This document shows positions 47,784 through 58,189 of a DNA stretch of 64,000 nt, one piece after another. The stretch is taken from contig JABIAL010000021.1 in assembly GCA_018653315.1 (NCBI GenBank), forward strand, positions 3,029-67,028, written 5' to 3'. This DNA comes from a bacterium. GTDB taxonomy: Bacteria; Patescibacteriota; Patescibacteriia; UBA1558; GWA2-36-10. A program made the translations under genes and the position numbers. The notes beneath the pieces were generated by a model. That model ran no database searches. It was not told the DNA's origin and saw nothing but the letters and a program-made list of their open reading frames with translations. Numbering within the stretch: position 1 is the first letter of the stretch; each line of letters begins with the position of its first letter.

Positions 47784-50696
47784 ATGTCTAATTTTCACAA
47801 ACGACAACTTAAGAACGATAATGGCTGGCAGCATCATAAAATACATGATATTAAGCCAATTAAAATCAAGAAAAAATCTCGGTTTTTTAAATTTAGATGG
47901 CCTAACTTCAAAAGAAAAAAGCTTAGAAATAGTAGCTTGGCTAAAAGATTAGCACGGCGTTTATGGCCTTATGCTTTGGGAGTCTTTTTTATTGGTGGTA
48001 TATTTTTTGTAGGTCTTGTTGCCTGGTATTCCAAAGATCTTCCAGATCCGAACAAAATTATGGATCGTTCAGTGCCTTTGAGCACCAAAATTTTTGATCG
48101 CACCGGTGAAGTTTTATTGTATGAAATTCATGGACCAGAAAAAAGAACTCTGATTACCCTGGACCAAATACCTCAATATGCTATTGATGCTACCATTGCC
48201 ATTGAAGATAAAAATTTCTATGAACATGGTGGTATTTCTGTTTGGGGAATATTGCGTGGACAAATTATGCCTCGTTTGCAAGGTAAGAGAGCACAGGGCG
48301 GATCTACTTTGACCCAACAATTTGTAAAGAATGCTATTTTGACCAACGAACGGGCCTTGTCTAGAAAAATAAAAGAATGGATATTATCTTTTCGTTTAGA
48401 ACAAAAGTTTTCTAAGGAAGAAATTTTACAATTATATTTTAATGAGATTCCTTATGGTAGTTCTGCTTATGGCATAGAGTCAGCGGCTGGATATTATTTT
48501 GATAAGCCAGCTAAAGATTTGACCTTAGCCGAAAGTGCTATTTTAGCAGCCTTACCACAGGCGCCATCTTATTTTTCACCTTATGGAAATAACAAAGAAG
48601 GCTTAATTGCTCGTCAGCATGTAATCTTGGACTTAATGACTAAGCAGGGACTTATCACTGACTTAGAAGCGGAAAATGCCAAGAGTGAAGAATTGCAATT
48701 TAAAAAACGCCAAGAAAATATTAAAGCGCCTCATTTTGTGATGTATATCAGGCAGTTGTTAGCAGAAGAATATGGTGAAGCAGTTATAGAGCAAAGTGGC
48801 TGGAAAATTATTACGACACTAGACTGGGAATTACAACAAAAAGCTGAAGAAATTATTGATGAGTTAGCCGAAAGTAATCAAGAAAGATTTAATGCTTCTA
48901 ATGCTGGCTTGGTGGCACTAAACGTTGAGAACAGTGAGATCTTAGCGATGATTGGTTCTCGTGATTATTTTAATGATGAAATAGACGGACAAGTAAATGT
49001 CACCTTAGCTGAACGTCAACCAGGTAGTTCTTTAAAGCCCTTGGTTTATCTAACTGCTTTTGAGCAAGGTTATCGTCCAGATACAATGTTGTTTGATTTA
49101 ACAACAAATTTTGCTTCGGCTGGTGATGATTACAGGCCATTAAATTATGATTTAGAAGAACGTGGGCCAGTAACCATTCGGCAGGCTTTAGCTGGGTCAT
49201 TAAACATACCGGCTGTGAAAACTTTATACTTAGCTGGTCTAGATAATGTAGTAAAATTAGCTAAAGATTTTGGTTATACCACCTTAGGAGATAGAGATCG
49301 TTATGGCTTGTCTTTAGTGTTAGGTGGTGGCGAGGTAAAATTATTAGAACATGTAAATGCTTACGCGTCTTTTGCCAGAGAGGGTGTTTATAAAGATTCT
49401 TTGCCAATTTTAGCTATTGAAGATTCTGAAGGTAAAGAGATAGAGGATAATAAAGACAATAAAGGCAGAAGAATTTTAGATAAAGATAAAGTCAGATTAC
49501 TAAATGATATTTTATCAGACAATGCGGCTAGGTCTTATGTGTTTGGAGAGAGTAATTATTTGACTTTACCAGATCGTCCGGTAGCTGCTAAAACAGGTAC
49601 TACAAATGATTATCGAGATTCATGGACTATTGGTTTTACGCCACAAATAGCACTCGGTGTTTGGGCTGGTAATAATGATAACTCTGCTATGTCTAATGGA
49701 GCTAGTGGTTCACAAGTAGCTGGGCCCATTTGGAATAAAGTAATGCGTGAATTGACTAAAAATTTACCGGTGGCAGGTTTTGCTAAGACAGAATTAAATA
49801 GTTGCCGAAAACCAATGGTTTGTGGGGAATTGTCAGATGAAGAAATTATCAAGATAGATAAGATGTCTGGATTATTAGCTACAGAATATACTCCTTATAC
49901 TCAAATTGAAGAAAGAAAATATTTACAAGTACATAATATTTTGCAATATGTAAATCGTAATGATCCATTAGGAGCGCCTTTAGATGACCCAAGTCATGAT
50001 TCGCAATATGGTTTATGGGAAGAGCCCGTGCAGGCTTGGGCAGACGAACAAGGTTATTTAACAGAAGAGCCGCCAACGGAATATGATGATATTCATTTAG
50101 CACATTTACGTCCTAGTGTTGATATTAGTTATCCAAGTAATAATCAAACGGTTAAAAATAACACTTTCACCTTGCAGGTAAATTCAAGTGCGCCACTTGG
50201 TGTAGGGCGAGTAGAATATTTTATTGATGGTCAAAAAGTTGGACAATCTACTAACTCACCTTTTAGTTTCAATTATCAGGTTAATCCATTGTTAAGTAAT
50301 GGCAAACATCAGTTAAAGGCTATGGCTTTTGATGGTTTAGAAAATTGGCAAGAAGATATTATTGAGTTTAATTTACAGAGTGATCGTTCTTCCGATGAAT
50401 TTAGTTTATTATGGTTAGCGCCAGATAATGGAATGAACATTGCTCAAGCTGATTTACCCTATACTGCGCATTTAAAAATAACTAACCCAGATAAAATTAA
50501 AAAGATAGATTTTTATTATCTAGACCCATCTGATCATTCTCATTGGTTTGCTTTTATCGAACATCCAGGAGAAGATATTATAACTAACTGGGGCAATAGC
50601 GATTATGAGCCAGGGGTGTATAAATTATATTTAATGATCAAGGATATAAATGATCGTTTCATAAGTTCACCACCAATTGTTGTTAATATTCAATAG
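47784..50696 (+). CDS. class A penicillin-binding protein (PBP1A; GT51 transglycosylase + transpeptidase) with ~300-aa C-terminal Ig-like extension
   Basis: 970 aa. GT51 block (IAIEDKNFYEHGG), and SSLK / SLN / KTGTT transpeptidase motifs. Confidence 0.9.
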   Translation: MSNFHKRQLKNDNGWQHHKIHDIKPIKIKKKSRFFKFRWPNFKRKKLRNSSLAKRLARRLWPYALGVFFIGGIFFVGLVAWYSKDLPDPNKIMDRSVPLSTKIFDRTGEVLLYEIHGPEKRTLITLDQIPQYAIDATIAIEDKNFYEHGGISVWGILRGQIMPRLQGKRAQGGSTLTQQFVKNAILTNERALSRKIKEWILSFRLEQKFSKEEILQLYFNEIPYGSSAYGIESAAGYYFDKPAKDLTLAESAILAALPQAPSYFSPYGNNKEGLIARQHVILDLMTKQGLITDLEAENAKSEELQFKKRQENIKAPHFVMYIRQLLAEEYGEAVIEQSGWKIITTLDWELQQKAEEIIDELAESNQERFNASNAGLVALNVENSEILAMIGSRDYFNDEIDGQVNVTLAERQPGSSLKPLVYLTAFEQGYRPDTMLFDLTTNFASAGDDYRPLNYDLEERGPVTIRQALAGSLNIPAVKTLYLAGLDNVVKLAKDFGYTTLGDRDRYGLSLVLGGGEVKLLEHVNAYASFAREGVYKDSLPILAIEDSEGKEIEDNKDNKGRRILDKDKVRLLNDILSDNAARSYVFGESNYLTLPDRPVAAKTGTTNDYRDSWTIGFTPQIALGVWAGNNDNSAMSNGASGSQVAGPIWNKVMRELTKNLPVAGFAKTELNSCRKPMVCGELSDEEIIKIDKMSGLLATEYTPYTQIEERKYLQVHNILQYVNRNDPLGAPLDDPSHDSQYGLWEEPVQAWADEQGYLTEEPPTEYDDIHLAHLRPSVDISYPSNNQTVKNNTFTLQVNSSAPLGVGRVEYFIDGQKVGQSTNSPFSFNYQVNPLLSNGKHQLKAMAFDGLENWQEDIIEFNLQSDRSSDEFSLLWLAPDNGMNIAQADLPYTAHLKITNPDKIKKIDFYYLDPSDHSHWFAFIEHPGEDIITNWGNSDYEPGVYKLYLMIKDINDRFISSPPIVVNIQ

Positions 50697-50774
50697 TTAC
50701 GATAAAAAAACACCCCTTGACGACTCGGCTGAGCTCGCCGTAGCCTATGCTTAGGGTGTTTTTAATACTTGTTA

Positions 50775-51026
50775 TTAATAACCTTCATTAGCGTGCATTT
50801 TATTTATTTGTTCAATGTCTAGATTGTTAGCGTTAACATAAGAGTTGTTAATAGAGTTTAAAATGATCATTAGTAGCCCTAAAATTAAAATGATCATTGA
50901 TAGCCATAACGGTAGCAAAACATCAAATAGGTTAATAAAACCAATGATTGCTAAGGCTATTAAAAATAGTCCAACAAAAATATTAAAATATATAGGACAA
51001 GTACAGTATTTACCCATATCTATCAC
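50775..51026 (-). CDS. small two-TM membrane protein, hypothetical
   Basis: 83 aa, hydrophobic core. Isolated between terminators. Confidence 0.3.
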   Translation of the reverse strand: MIDMGKYCTCPIYFNIFVGLFLIALAIIGFINLFDVLLPLWLSMIILILGLLMIILNSINNSYVNANNLDIEQINKMHANEGY

Positions 51027-51150
51027 CCCCTTATTTTACTCTCTAATAGTTTTATAGTAGCTATTTTTACTTTATTTGGCAATTATTGGATTATTTAGTA
51101 TAGTAGATCAGTTAAGATAGTTTTTGTTTATTATATAAGTTTTCAAAATA

Positions 51151-51906
51151 ATGAGACCAAAATTAAGTGAACAACAGTGGCTAAATATGTTTGATGATAA
51201 TCAAGCTGGTGTTTATCTGATCGATAAATTAAAAGGCGATAACTCTTTTCGGGCTGTTTCAGTTTTGCGTAAATTATTAGACATCAAAAAAGTAGGTTTT
51301 GCTGGTACATTAGATCCGTTAGCTTCTGGTTTGTTAATTTTAGCGTCAGGTAAGGCAACGCGGATGCTAGATTGGTTTCATGTTTTACCAAAAACTTATC
51401 AGGCAGATATTAAATTTGGCTTTACCTCGCCTACTTACGACTTAGAAGGTGACTTGACCACAACCACTTCAGCTAAGGAATTTAATTTAGCAGAATTAGA
51501 AAATAAGCTTGCGGAGTTTATTGGTAAGCAAGAACAAACAGCACCAATATTTTCTGCTAAAAAAGTGGACGGCAAAAAATTATATCAGTCGGCTCGCCAA
51601 GGTAAAAAAATAACCCCACCAAAAAGTAGAGTGACTATACATGGATTAAAAATAGTAAATTTTAATTATCCAAATTTAGTATTAGAAGCTAGAGTATCTA
51701 CGGGCACTTATATTCGTAGCTTGGCACATGATCTTGGAGAGACATTGAGCACGGGAGCGGTGCTTACAGACTTAAGACGAACGGCTATTGGAGATTTTTT
51801 AGTAGAACAAGCGATTAGTCTAGCTGATTTAGATAAGATTAAATTAGCTCAATACAAAATAAAACCAGTTGATGCTAAAAAGTATCTAGATCAATATCCT
51901 GTTTAG
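51151..51906 (+). CDS. truB: tRNA pseudouridine(55) synthase
   Basis: 251 aa. GTLDPLASGLLIL catalytic Asp motif. Confidence 0.85.
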   Translation: MRPKLSEQQWLNMFDDNQAGVYLIDKLKGDNSFRAVSVLRKLLDIKKVGFAGTLDPLASGLLILASGKATRMLDWFHVLPKTYQADIKFGFTSPTYDLEGDLTTTTSAKEFNLAELENKLAEFIGKQEQTAPIFSAKKVDGKKLYQSARQGKKITPPKSRVTIHGLKIVNFNYPNLVLEARVSTGTYIRSLAHDLGETLSTGAVLTDLRRTAIGDFLVEQAISLADLDKIKLAQYKIKPVDAKKYLDQYPV

Positions 51907-52120
51907 TAACATCTTTAATGTATCTTTCGATATATACTTCTGAAAAATGAGTTTGTCGCATTTTACGGGCAAAGTCAGAAATAGCCATTTGGCCAACGCC
52001 CATTTTACCTAATTTGTTAGCGTATTTTTCATTAAATTTTTTGGTGCTAGTAACAGAGTCAGTGGAATTGTACAGTTTTTCTATTACCAGCATTTGATCC
52101 CTATAAGAGATATAATACAT
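51875..52120 (-). CDS. hypothetical small protein
   Basis: 81 aa ORF in the truB-rpsT gap, overlapping the truB 3' end by 32 nt. No motif recognised. Confidence 0.2.
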   Translation of the reverse strand: MYYISYRDQMLVIEKLYNSTDSVTSTKKFNEKYANKLGKMGVGQMAISDFARKMRQTHFSEVYIERYIKDVTKQDIDLDTF

Positions 52121-52265
52121 AATATCTTAGCTTAATAGCCCTTTTAAATCATAATTTATTGTTAGTATATCATCGATTATAATTATTGACAAAAAATAGG
52201 GTTTATGTTAACATAGTCAGGTCTTTTATTTCTAAAGATATTATTACTTTAAAGGAAAAGAATTT

Positions 52266-52574
52266 ATGCCAAATAAGAAATCTGCTATTAAATATTTGAG
52301 AAAGAGTAGCAAAAGAAATGAACAGAGCTCTCTAGTTAAACGTAACATCAAAGAGGTTATTAAGCGTGGTAAAAAAGCCATTGCTGATGATACTATCAAA
52401 GATAGTGCCAAAGAAATATCTCATGATTTACAAAAAGCTATTGATAAAGCTGTAAAATCTGGAATCATGAAATCTAATACTGGAGATCGTAAAAAGTCTC
52501 GTTTTATGGATAAAATGAACAATGCTTTAAAAACTACTTCAGAAGTTAAAGAACAAGTTGCAGATAAAAAATAA
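52266..52574 (+). CDS. rpsT: 30S ribosomal protein S20
   Basis: 102 aa, basic, with MPNKKSAIKYLRKSSKRNEQ N-terminus. A TTGACA...TAACAT promoter-like pair lies about 40-75 bp upstream. Confidence 0.75.
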   Translation: MPNKKSAIKYLRKSSKRNEQSSLVKRNIKEVIKRGKKAIADDTIKDSAKEISHDLQKAIDKAVKSGIMKSNTGDRKKSRFMDKMNNALKTTSEVKEQVADKK

Positions 52575-52640
52575 ACTAGATTAAATTTAAAAACATCCCC
52601 CATCTTTTTAGAGAATAGAGGATGTTTTTTATTTGCATTT

Positions 52641-53624
52641 TTATAATTTTTCAATCATTTGGGCGAATAGCAATCTTTCTTTACCCTGCCCAGTTTTAAG
52701 CTTGGCATCTATTGTTAATAATTGTTGATAGATTTTTTTGAGTTCCGCTAAAGTATATAATTTGCTCATGGCTAGTGTTTTGCTAGCTACAAAAGTATGT
52801 ATTTTTAGTGTTTGCGAAATAGCAAAGCTGTTATTGATTTTTTCACTTAATATTTTTACTTTAATCAAAGTTCTAAATTGACTAGTAATCATGGTCAAGA
52901 TATATAGGCCATTAACGCCGCTATTTAGTTGATCTTCTAATAATTTCAAAGCCCTAGCTTTGTCTTTTTTACCCAGAGCATCGATAAAATTAAAAATATT
53001 ATCATCAGCCTTAGCTTGAACTAATTCTTTAACTTCGTCTATTATAATTTCGGGATTTTGACTAAAGTGGATTAGCTTATTTATTTCTTGATCAAGTTGC
53101 CAAAGATTATTACCAACAGAAGCTAGTAATAATTGTCTGGCTATTGGCTGAATAGTTTTATTATTAGCTTGGCATTTTTTATTTATCCAAGCATTTATTT
53201 TGTCAGGAGATAGTGCATTAAATTCTTCGGTATATTTGAATTTTTTTAAAGTCTTATAAAGTTTTTTTCTTAGATCCGGTTTTGAAGCTTGCCAAAAAAT
53301 AAGATAATTTTCTTCAGGACTATCGCTTTGCTTAGCTAAATATTTTATTAGTTCATCTTGAAAAGAAGCTAGCTTTTTGTTATCAAAAATATTTTTGATA
53401 ACAATTAATTTTTTAGGAGCCAAAAATCCAGTAGCCGTGACTGATCTAAAAAAATCATCAATAGCCATAGTGTCACCATCCAGGCTTTCGATATTGTGCC
53501 CACCTTGGTCAACCGTCGTTTGAAATTTAGCCTTGATGGCATCTATTTTATTTTTAGCACGGAAAGAATCCTCGCCGTAAAAGAAAAATATCATTTGATT
53601 TATAAGCTTTCTAATTTGTTCCAA
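52641..53624 (-). CDS. holA: DNA polymerase III delta subunit
   Basis: 327 aa, HolA-like N-terminus (FFYGEDSF). Confidence 0.75.
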   Translation of the reverse strand: MEQIRKLINQMIFFFYGEDSFRAKNKIDAIKAKFQTTVDQGGHNIESLDGDTMAIDDFFRSVTATGFLAPKKLIVIKNIFDNKKLASFQDELIKYLAKQSDSPEENYLIFWQASKPDLRKKLYKTLKKFKYTEEFNALSPDKINAWINKKCQANNKTIQPIARQLLLASVGNNLWQLDQEINKLIHFSQNPEIIIDEVKELVQAKADDNIFNFIDALGKKDKARALKLLEDQLNSGVNGLYILTMITSQFRTLIKVKILSEKINNSFAISQTLKIHTFVASKTLAMSKLYTLAELKKIYQQLLTIDAKLKTGQGKERLLFAQMIEKL

Positions 53625-56314
53625 TTAGGGCCAACTTCTACCTCGGCTATTAAAGGAACAGATAATTTATAAATTTCTTCCATTGTTTGTTTAATGAATT
53701 TGGCTACTTTTTTTACTTCTGATTTCGGAACCTCTAGTACTAGTTCATCATGTACTTGTGAAATCATTTTAGACTTCTTGCTTATTTTTGGCAAGCCTTG
53801 GTGAACTTTGATCATAGCCAATTTCATCAAGTCAGCAGCTGTACCTTGCAAAGGCATATTTGTGGCCATACGTTCAGCAGAGGCTCGTAACATTGGCATA
53901 GAGGAGTTTATGTCTGGTAAGTATCTACGTCGACCAAAGATAGTCTGTACATAGCCTTTATCATGAGCGAAATCTTTTGTTTGATCAATAAATTCTTTAA
54001 TTTTTTTATAGATAGAAAAATATTTTTCAATAAATTCTTTAGCCTCAGTACGATTCATATCTGTCCGTTGAGCTAGTCCTAGTGAGCCTAAACCATAAAG
54101 CACGCCAAAGTTAACCTCTTTAGCCGTACGACGGATATCCTTAGTAACATCTTTTAGTGATATTTTGTGTATTTCAGCTGCTGTACGGGCATGAATATCT
54201 TCACCTTGTTTAAAACTAGTGGTCATTTTCGGATCCCTGGATAAAGCAGCTGCTAGTCTTAGTTCGATTTGAGAATAATCAGCTGCTAGTAACATATAAT
54301 CACGAGGAGCTACAAAAGCTTGGCGTATTCTACGACCCAAGGCAGTGCGGATAGGAATATTTTGTAAATTTGGGTCAGAAGAAGATAATCTGCCGGTAGC
54401 TGTCACTGCCTGGTTAAAGCTAGTATGAATTCGTTTGGTTTTTGGGTTAACAAGTTCGGGCAGGGCTTTAATATAAGTAGATTGTAACTTTGTTAGTTCA
54501 CGATATTGGATGATTAGTGGAATTATTTCATGACGATCCAGCATTTTTTCTAATTCTGAAGCAGCAGTAGATAATCCGGTTTTAGTTTTTTTAATTCTAT
54601 CTGTAGATATTTCTAAATCTTCAAATAATATTTTTTTAAGTTGCAGAGGAGAAGATATATTAAATTCAGATCCAGCTAGCTTAAAAATTTGTTTGCTAGT
54701 TTTTTTAATTTCAATAGCAAATTCTTTTTCCATGGTTTTTAAGAATTTTACATCCAAAGAAATGCCATTAAGCTCCATTTCAGCTAAGACAGGCACTAGC
54801 GGTAGCTCCATTTTGATAAGCAAATCATAATTTTTTTTATCTTTAGTTTCTGGTAATAGTTTTTGATACAAACGCCAAGTTATATCTGCATCTTCTGCGC
54901 CATACCAAGCTAGTTTATCTGGATTTATTTTAGTAACATCAATATCTTTTTTATTTTTTGGTTTTTCTTCAAACAGATCGACTAGTTTTAGTTTGTTGTA
55001 GCCTAAATATGAAAAAGCTAGCTCTTCTAATTTTAGACCACGGTTTGAGTTAGACAGAAAAGCGGCTATTAGTGTATCAAAAGCAATCCCAGCTACAGTA
55101 ATATCTAAAGTTTTTAAAACCTTGTAATCGAATTTTATATTATGTCCGATTTTACCAATAGTTTGATCTTCAAAAATTGGCTTTAGTTTTAGCAAAGCGT
55201 ATTCTTGAAATTTTTTGTCTTTCAAATCAATATAATAAGCAGTCTTGGCTTGCCAAGAAAAAGATAAACCTAAAATATCGGCGGTAATTACATCAAGGCC
55301 AGTTGTCTCTGAGTCAAAGGCAAATATTTCTTGCTGTTTTAATTTTTCTAAGAAGTTATCAAATTGTTTTTCGTCTTTAATAATATGGTAGTTAGCATCT
55401 TTTCGACTTATATCTACAATAGGTTCATTAACAATAGCTTGAGTGGTTGGAATTTTATTTATTAAAGTCTTAAATTCAAATTTTTGGAATATTTGATAAA
55501 CCTCTTCTGGATCAAAGTCACCAAATTCAGTATCTTTTAGTTGCCAATCAAGTTTCATGTCAGTGACAATGGTAGCTAGTTCCTTACTTAAGAAAGCGGC
55601 TTCTTTATCGTCTATTAATAATTGCCTAGTACGGTCTTTTATTTTATCGCTATCAATATTCTTATAAACCCCTTCTAGGCTATTGAAATTTTTTAGTAGG
55701 TCAGTCGCTCCTTTTAGTCCAATACCACGGACGCCAGCAATATTATCTGATGCATCACCTTGAATAGCTTTAAGATCAATGATTTGTTTTGGCTCTAAGC
55801 CGTATTTTTCTATTACCGCCTGGGTATCATAAATAATAATATCATTAAAGCCACGTTTGAGAGTAACTACTTTCACACGGTCATTAACCAGTTGTAAGGC
55901 ATCATGATCACCGGTGACAATGTATACTTCTATGTCTTTATATTTATTATAGATTTCATTAGCGATGGTGCCTAAGATATCATCTGCTTCAAAACCAGCC
56001 TTAGATAGTGTTGGTATTTTTAAAGCAGCCAAGACATTTTCAGCCAAAGGTATTTGATCATAAAATTCATCAACTTGTTTTACCCGGTGAGCTTTATAGC
56101 TGGCAGATTTTTCATGTCTAAAAGTTGGCTCTGGTAAGTCAAAAGCAGCTAAGACATAGTCCGGTTTTGTTTGTTTGATAATATTCAAAACTAAAGAAGT
56201 AAAGCCATAAACAGCGTTTACCATTAGATTGTCTTTGGTGTGTAATGGTGGTATTGCATGCCAGGCTCGATGGAGTAAGGCATGGGAGTCAATAATGATG
56301 AATTTCTTAGCCAT
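53600..56314 (-). CDS. polA: DNA polymerase I (5'-3' exonuclease + 3'-5' exo-like + polymerase domains)
   Basis: 904 aa. Pol A motifs A (DYSQIELR), B (RRxAKxxNFGxxYG) and C (QVHDELV). Confidence 0.95.
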   Translation of the reverse strand: MAKKFIIIDSHALLHRAWHAIPPLHTKDNLMVNAVYGFTSLVLNIIKQTKPDYVLAAFDLPEPTFRHEKSASYKAHRVKQVDEFYDQIPLAENVLAALKIPTLSKAGFEADDILGTIANEIYNKYKDIEVYIVTGDHDALQLVNDRVKVVTLKRGFNDIIIYDTQAVIEKYGLEPKQIIDLKAIQGDASDNIAGVRGIGLKGATDLLKNFNSLEGVYKNIDSDKIKDRTRQLLIDDKEAAFLSKELATIVTDMKLDWQLKDTEFGDFDPEEVYQIFQKFEFKTLINKIPTTQAIVNEPIVDISRKDANYHIIKDEKQFDNFLEKLKQQEIFAFDSETTGLDVITADILGLSFSWQAKTAYYIDLKDKKFQEYALLKLKPIFEDQTIGKIGHNIKFDYKVLKTLDITVAGIAFDTLIAAFLSNSNRGLKLEELAFSYLGYNKLKLVDLFEEKPKNKKDIDVTKINPDKLAWYGAEDADITWRLYQKLLPETKDKKNYDLLIKMELPLVPVLAEMELNGISLDVKFLKTMEKEFAIEIKKTSKQIFKLAGSEFNISSPLQLKKILFEDLEISTDRIKKTKTGLSTAASELEKMLDRHEIIPLIIQYRELTKLQSTYIKALPELVNPKTKRIHTSFNQAVTATGRLSSSDPNLQNIPIRTALGRRIRQAFVAPRDYMLLAADYSQIELRLAAALSRDPKMTTSFKQGEDIHARTAAEIHKISLKDVTKDIRRTAKEVNFGVLYGLGSLGLAQRTDMNRTEAKEFIEKYFSIYKKIKEFIDQTKDFAHDKGYVQTIFGRRRYLPDINSSMPMLRASAERMATNMPLQGTAADLMKLAMIKVHQGLPKISKKSKMISQVHDELVLEVPKSEVKKVAKFIKQTMEEIYKLSVPLIAEVEVGPNWNKLESL

Positions 56315-56440
56315 AATAGGTATATAATTAACTGATTTCTATGTTGATTTTAGCATTTTTAAGGTAGAAAAGAAACCCAATAATATTAAATTAAAACGAA
56401 CAAAAAACAAGCTCTTTGCTTGTTTAGATATCATTTTTTA

Positions 56441-56514
<74 letters not shown>

Positions 56515-56565
56515 TTAAATTAAGACTATTACAATCTACCAGATTTTGATATATTTTTCAAGGTA

Positions 56566-56596
56566 ATAAAAAACCCTGTCTTTTTTTGACAGAGCC
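56566..56596 (-). terminator. rho-independent terminator on the minus strand downstream of the tRNA-Gly/Leu unit
   Basis: On the minus strand: CTCTGTC-aaaaaaa-GACAGGG followed by TTTTTTATT. Confidence 0.45.
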
Positions 56597-56880
56597 TAGA
56601 ATTATAGTCCGTACTTATTTAGATTGGTGTTGTGCTTCCTAATCATTTTATATATTAGTGGATAGCTAATTACAGAATTTGGTAATAAATAACCAGTTAA
56701 TACACCAAGCATCATCGGACTAAAACTAATCATATCGTGTAACATTGGGTATTATAAATTTTAATGATTAATTCTTATATTTAAAAGTGCAAGACAATTA
56801 TTTTAGCATACTTCGACAATATCATCTAGGGTATAAGTGTGGATAAAATAAAAAACAGCTACTGAAAGCTGAGTTTTATA

Positions 56881-56966
56881 TGGTACCGGCGATCGGACTT
56901 GAACCGATACGGCCAAAGGCCACAGGATTTTAAGTCCTGCGTGTCTACCAATTCCACCACGCCGGC
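56881..56966 (-). tRNA. tRNA-Leu (anticodon TAA)
   Basis: Acceptor GCCGGCG/CGCCGGT, anticodon stem CAGGA/TCCTG with loop CTTAAAA, long variable arm, T-loop TTCAAGT, CCA. Confidence 0.8.
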
Positions 56967-57101
56967 ATAGACACCAAAATTTTTGTTTTAAATTTACACT
57001 TTCCGAGTTTGTACAATTCTCGAAGCGAAGCGTAGACCCTGAGTAAAATCGAAGGGCACCACGCCGGCTTATAAATAACAATCCCGTATCAACGGGATCT
57101 T

Positions 57102-57178
57102 TGGAGCGAGTGACCGGATTCGAACCGGCGACCTTTTCCTTGGCAAGGAAACGTTCTAGCCAACTGAACTACACTCGC
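57102..57178 (-). tRNA. tRNA-Gly (anticodon GCC)
   Basis: Acceptor GCGAGTG/CACTCGC, anticodon stem TTTCC/GGAAA with loop TTGCCAA, T-loop TTCGAAT, CCA. Confidence 0.8.
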
Positions 57179-57246
57179 AAATTAAAAATGATCGTTTTGC
57201 TAAAATATTTTCCGACAGTAACAATCCTAAGATAATCTACCTGTCC

Positions 57247-57283
57247 TGAGCGAGTGAAAGGAGTCGAAGGAAACTACACTCGC
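57247..57283 (-). pseudogene. decayed, internally deleted tRNA-Gly copy
   Basis: GAGCGAGTGA...GTCGAAGG...AACTACACTCGC retains both acceptor-stem halves and part of the T-arm of the adjacent tRNA-Gly. The D and anticodon arms are missing. Confidence 0.4.
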
Positions 57284-57336
57284 AATAAATAAAGAGCATA
57301 AATATTATACTGGAAAACAGCTAAAAGTCAATAGTT

Positions 57337-58134
57337 TTATGCTCTATTTAATAAATTGATTTTTTTGAGATTTTGACGAATTATAGTGTGTATTTTATGA
57401 TTTGTAGCTAGTAATGAAGTAGCTTTTTGTTCCCATTGCTTGTTCTGAAAATCTGTTGTTTTACCACCAGCTTCACGGATTAAAATTATACCAGCGGCTA
57501 TATCCCAAAGCTTTGGTTTAGAGACAATAAGTGCATCAGTGTGTCCGGCGGCTACCATAGCTAGCTCTAAGGTGGTACTGCCAAAATGACGACAGTCACG
57601 AGCATTTTCATGAAGGTGGTGATATATTTTGTAGGCCTGACGATGACTAGCTAAGTCTTGTCCATGACAATAAGTACAAAAAGCCTTTTTTAGTTTGTCG
57701 ATTTTGGAAACTGTTATTTTTTTATTATTACGATAAGCTCCTTGTCCTTTTACTGCCCAATACATTTCATCCAAGATAGGCATATAAGTAACGCCTAAGA
57801 CAACTTTATTTTTGTAAAATAAGCTAACTGAAACAGTAAAGAGAGGATTATGAATTGTAAAATTACTAGTGCCATCTAATGGATCAATGGTCCAAAAATA
57901 ATCACTTATTTTATTATTCAGACCGCTTTCTTCAGACAATAAAGCATAGTCTGGGAAATGTTTATTAAGATGTTTTAAAATAATATCTTCAGATTTTTTG
58001 TCACACCAAGTGACGATTTCATCGGCTGCTTTATACTTAGCTTGACCCCTGGTCCATTTAATAAATTCTTTTTCTAACCAAACGCCAGCTTCTTTAGTGG
58101 CTTTTTTTACAATTTTTAATTCTTTATTATACAT
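57337..58134 (-). CDS. inositol monophosphatase / FBPase-like family phosphatase
   Basis: WTIDPLDGTSNF metal-binding motif. Start placed at MYNKELKIV, an internal Met of the longer track ORF, to avoid overlapping the upstream pilin gene. Confidence 0.7.
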   Translation of the reverse strand: MYNKELKIVKKATKEAGVWLEKEFIKWTRGQAKYKAADEIVTWCDKKSEDIILKHLNKHFPDYALLSEESGLNNKISDYFWTIDPLDGTSNFTIHNPLFTVSVSLFYKNKVVLGVTYMPILDEMYWAVKGQGAYRNNKKITVSKIDKLKKAFCTYCHGQDLASHRQAYKIYHHLHENARDCRHFGSTTLELAMVAAGHTDALIVSKPKLWDIAAGIILIREAGGKTTDFQNKQWEQKATSLLATNHKIHTIIRQNLKKINLLNRA

Positions 58135-58189
58135 AATATCCAGATTAAAATGGCGGCGGCGTAAAATTAATAAATAGAAAGACAAAAAA

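Noticed and set aside
56803-57081. 92-aa minus-strand ORF
   Set aside because: It spans tRNA-Leu and the spacer to tRNA-Gly, so the open frame is produced by tRNA sequence rather than a coding gene.
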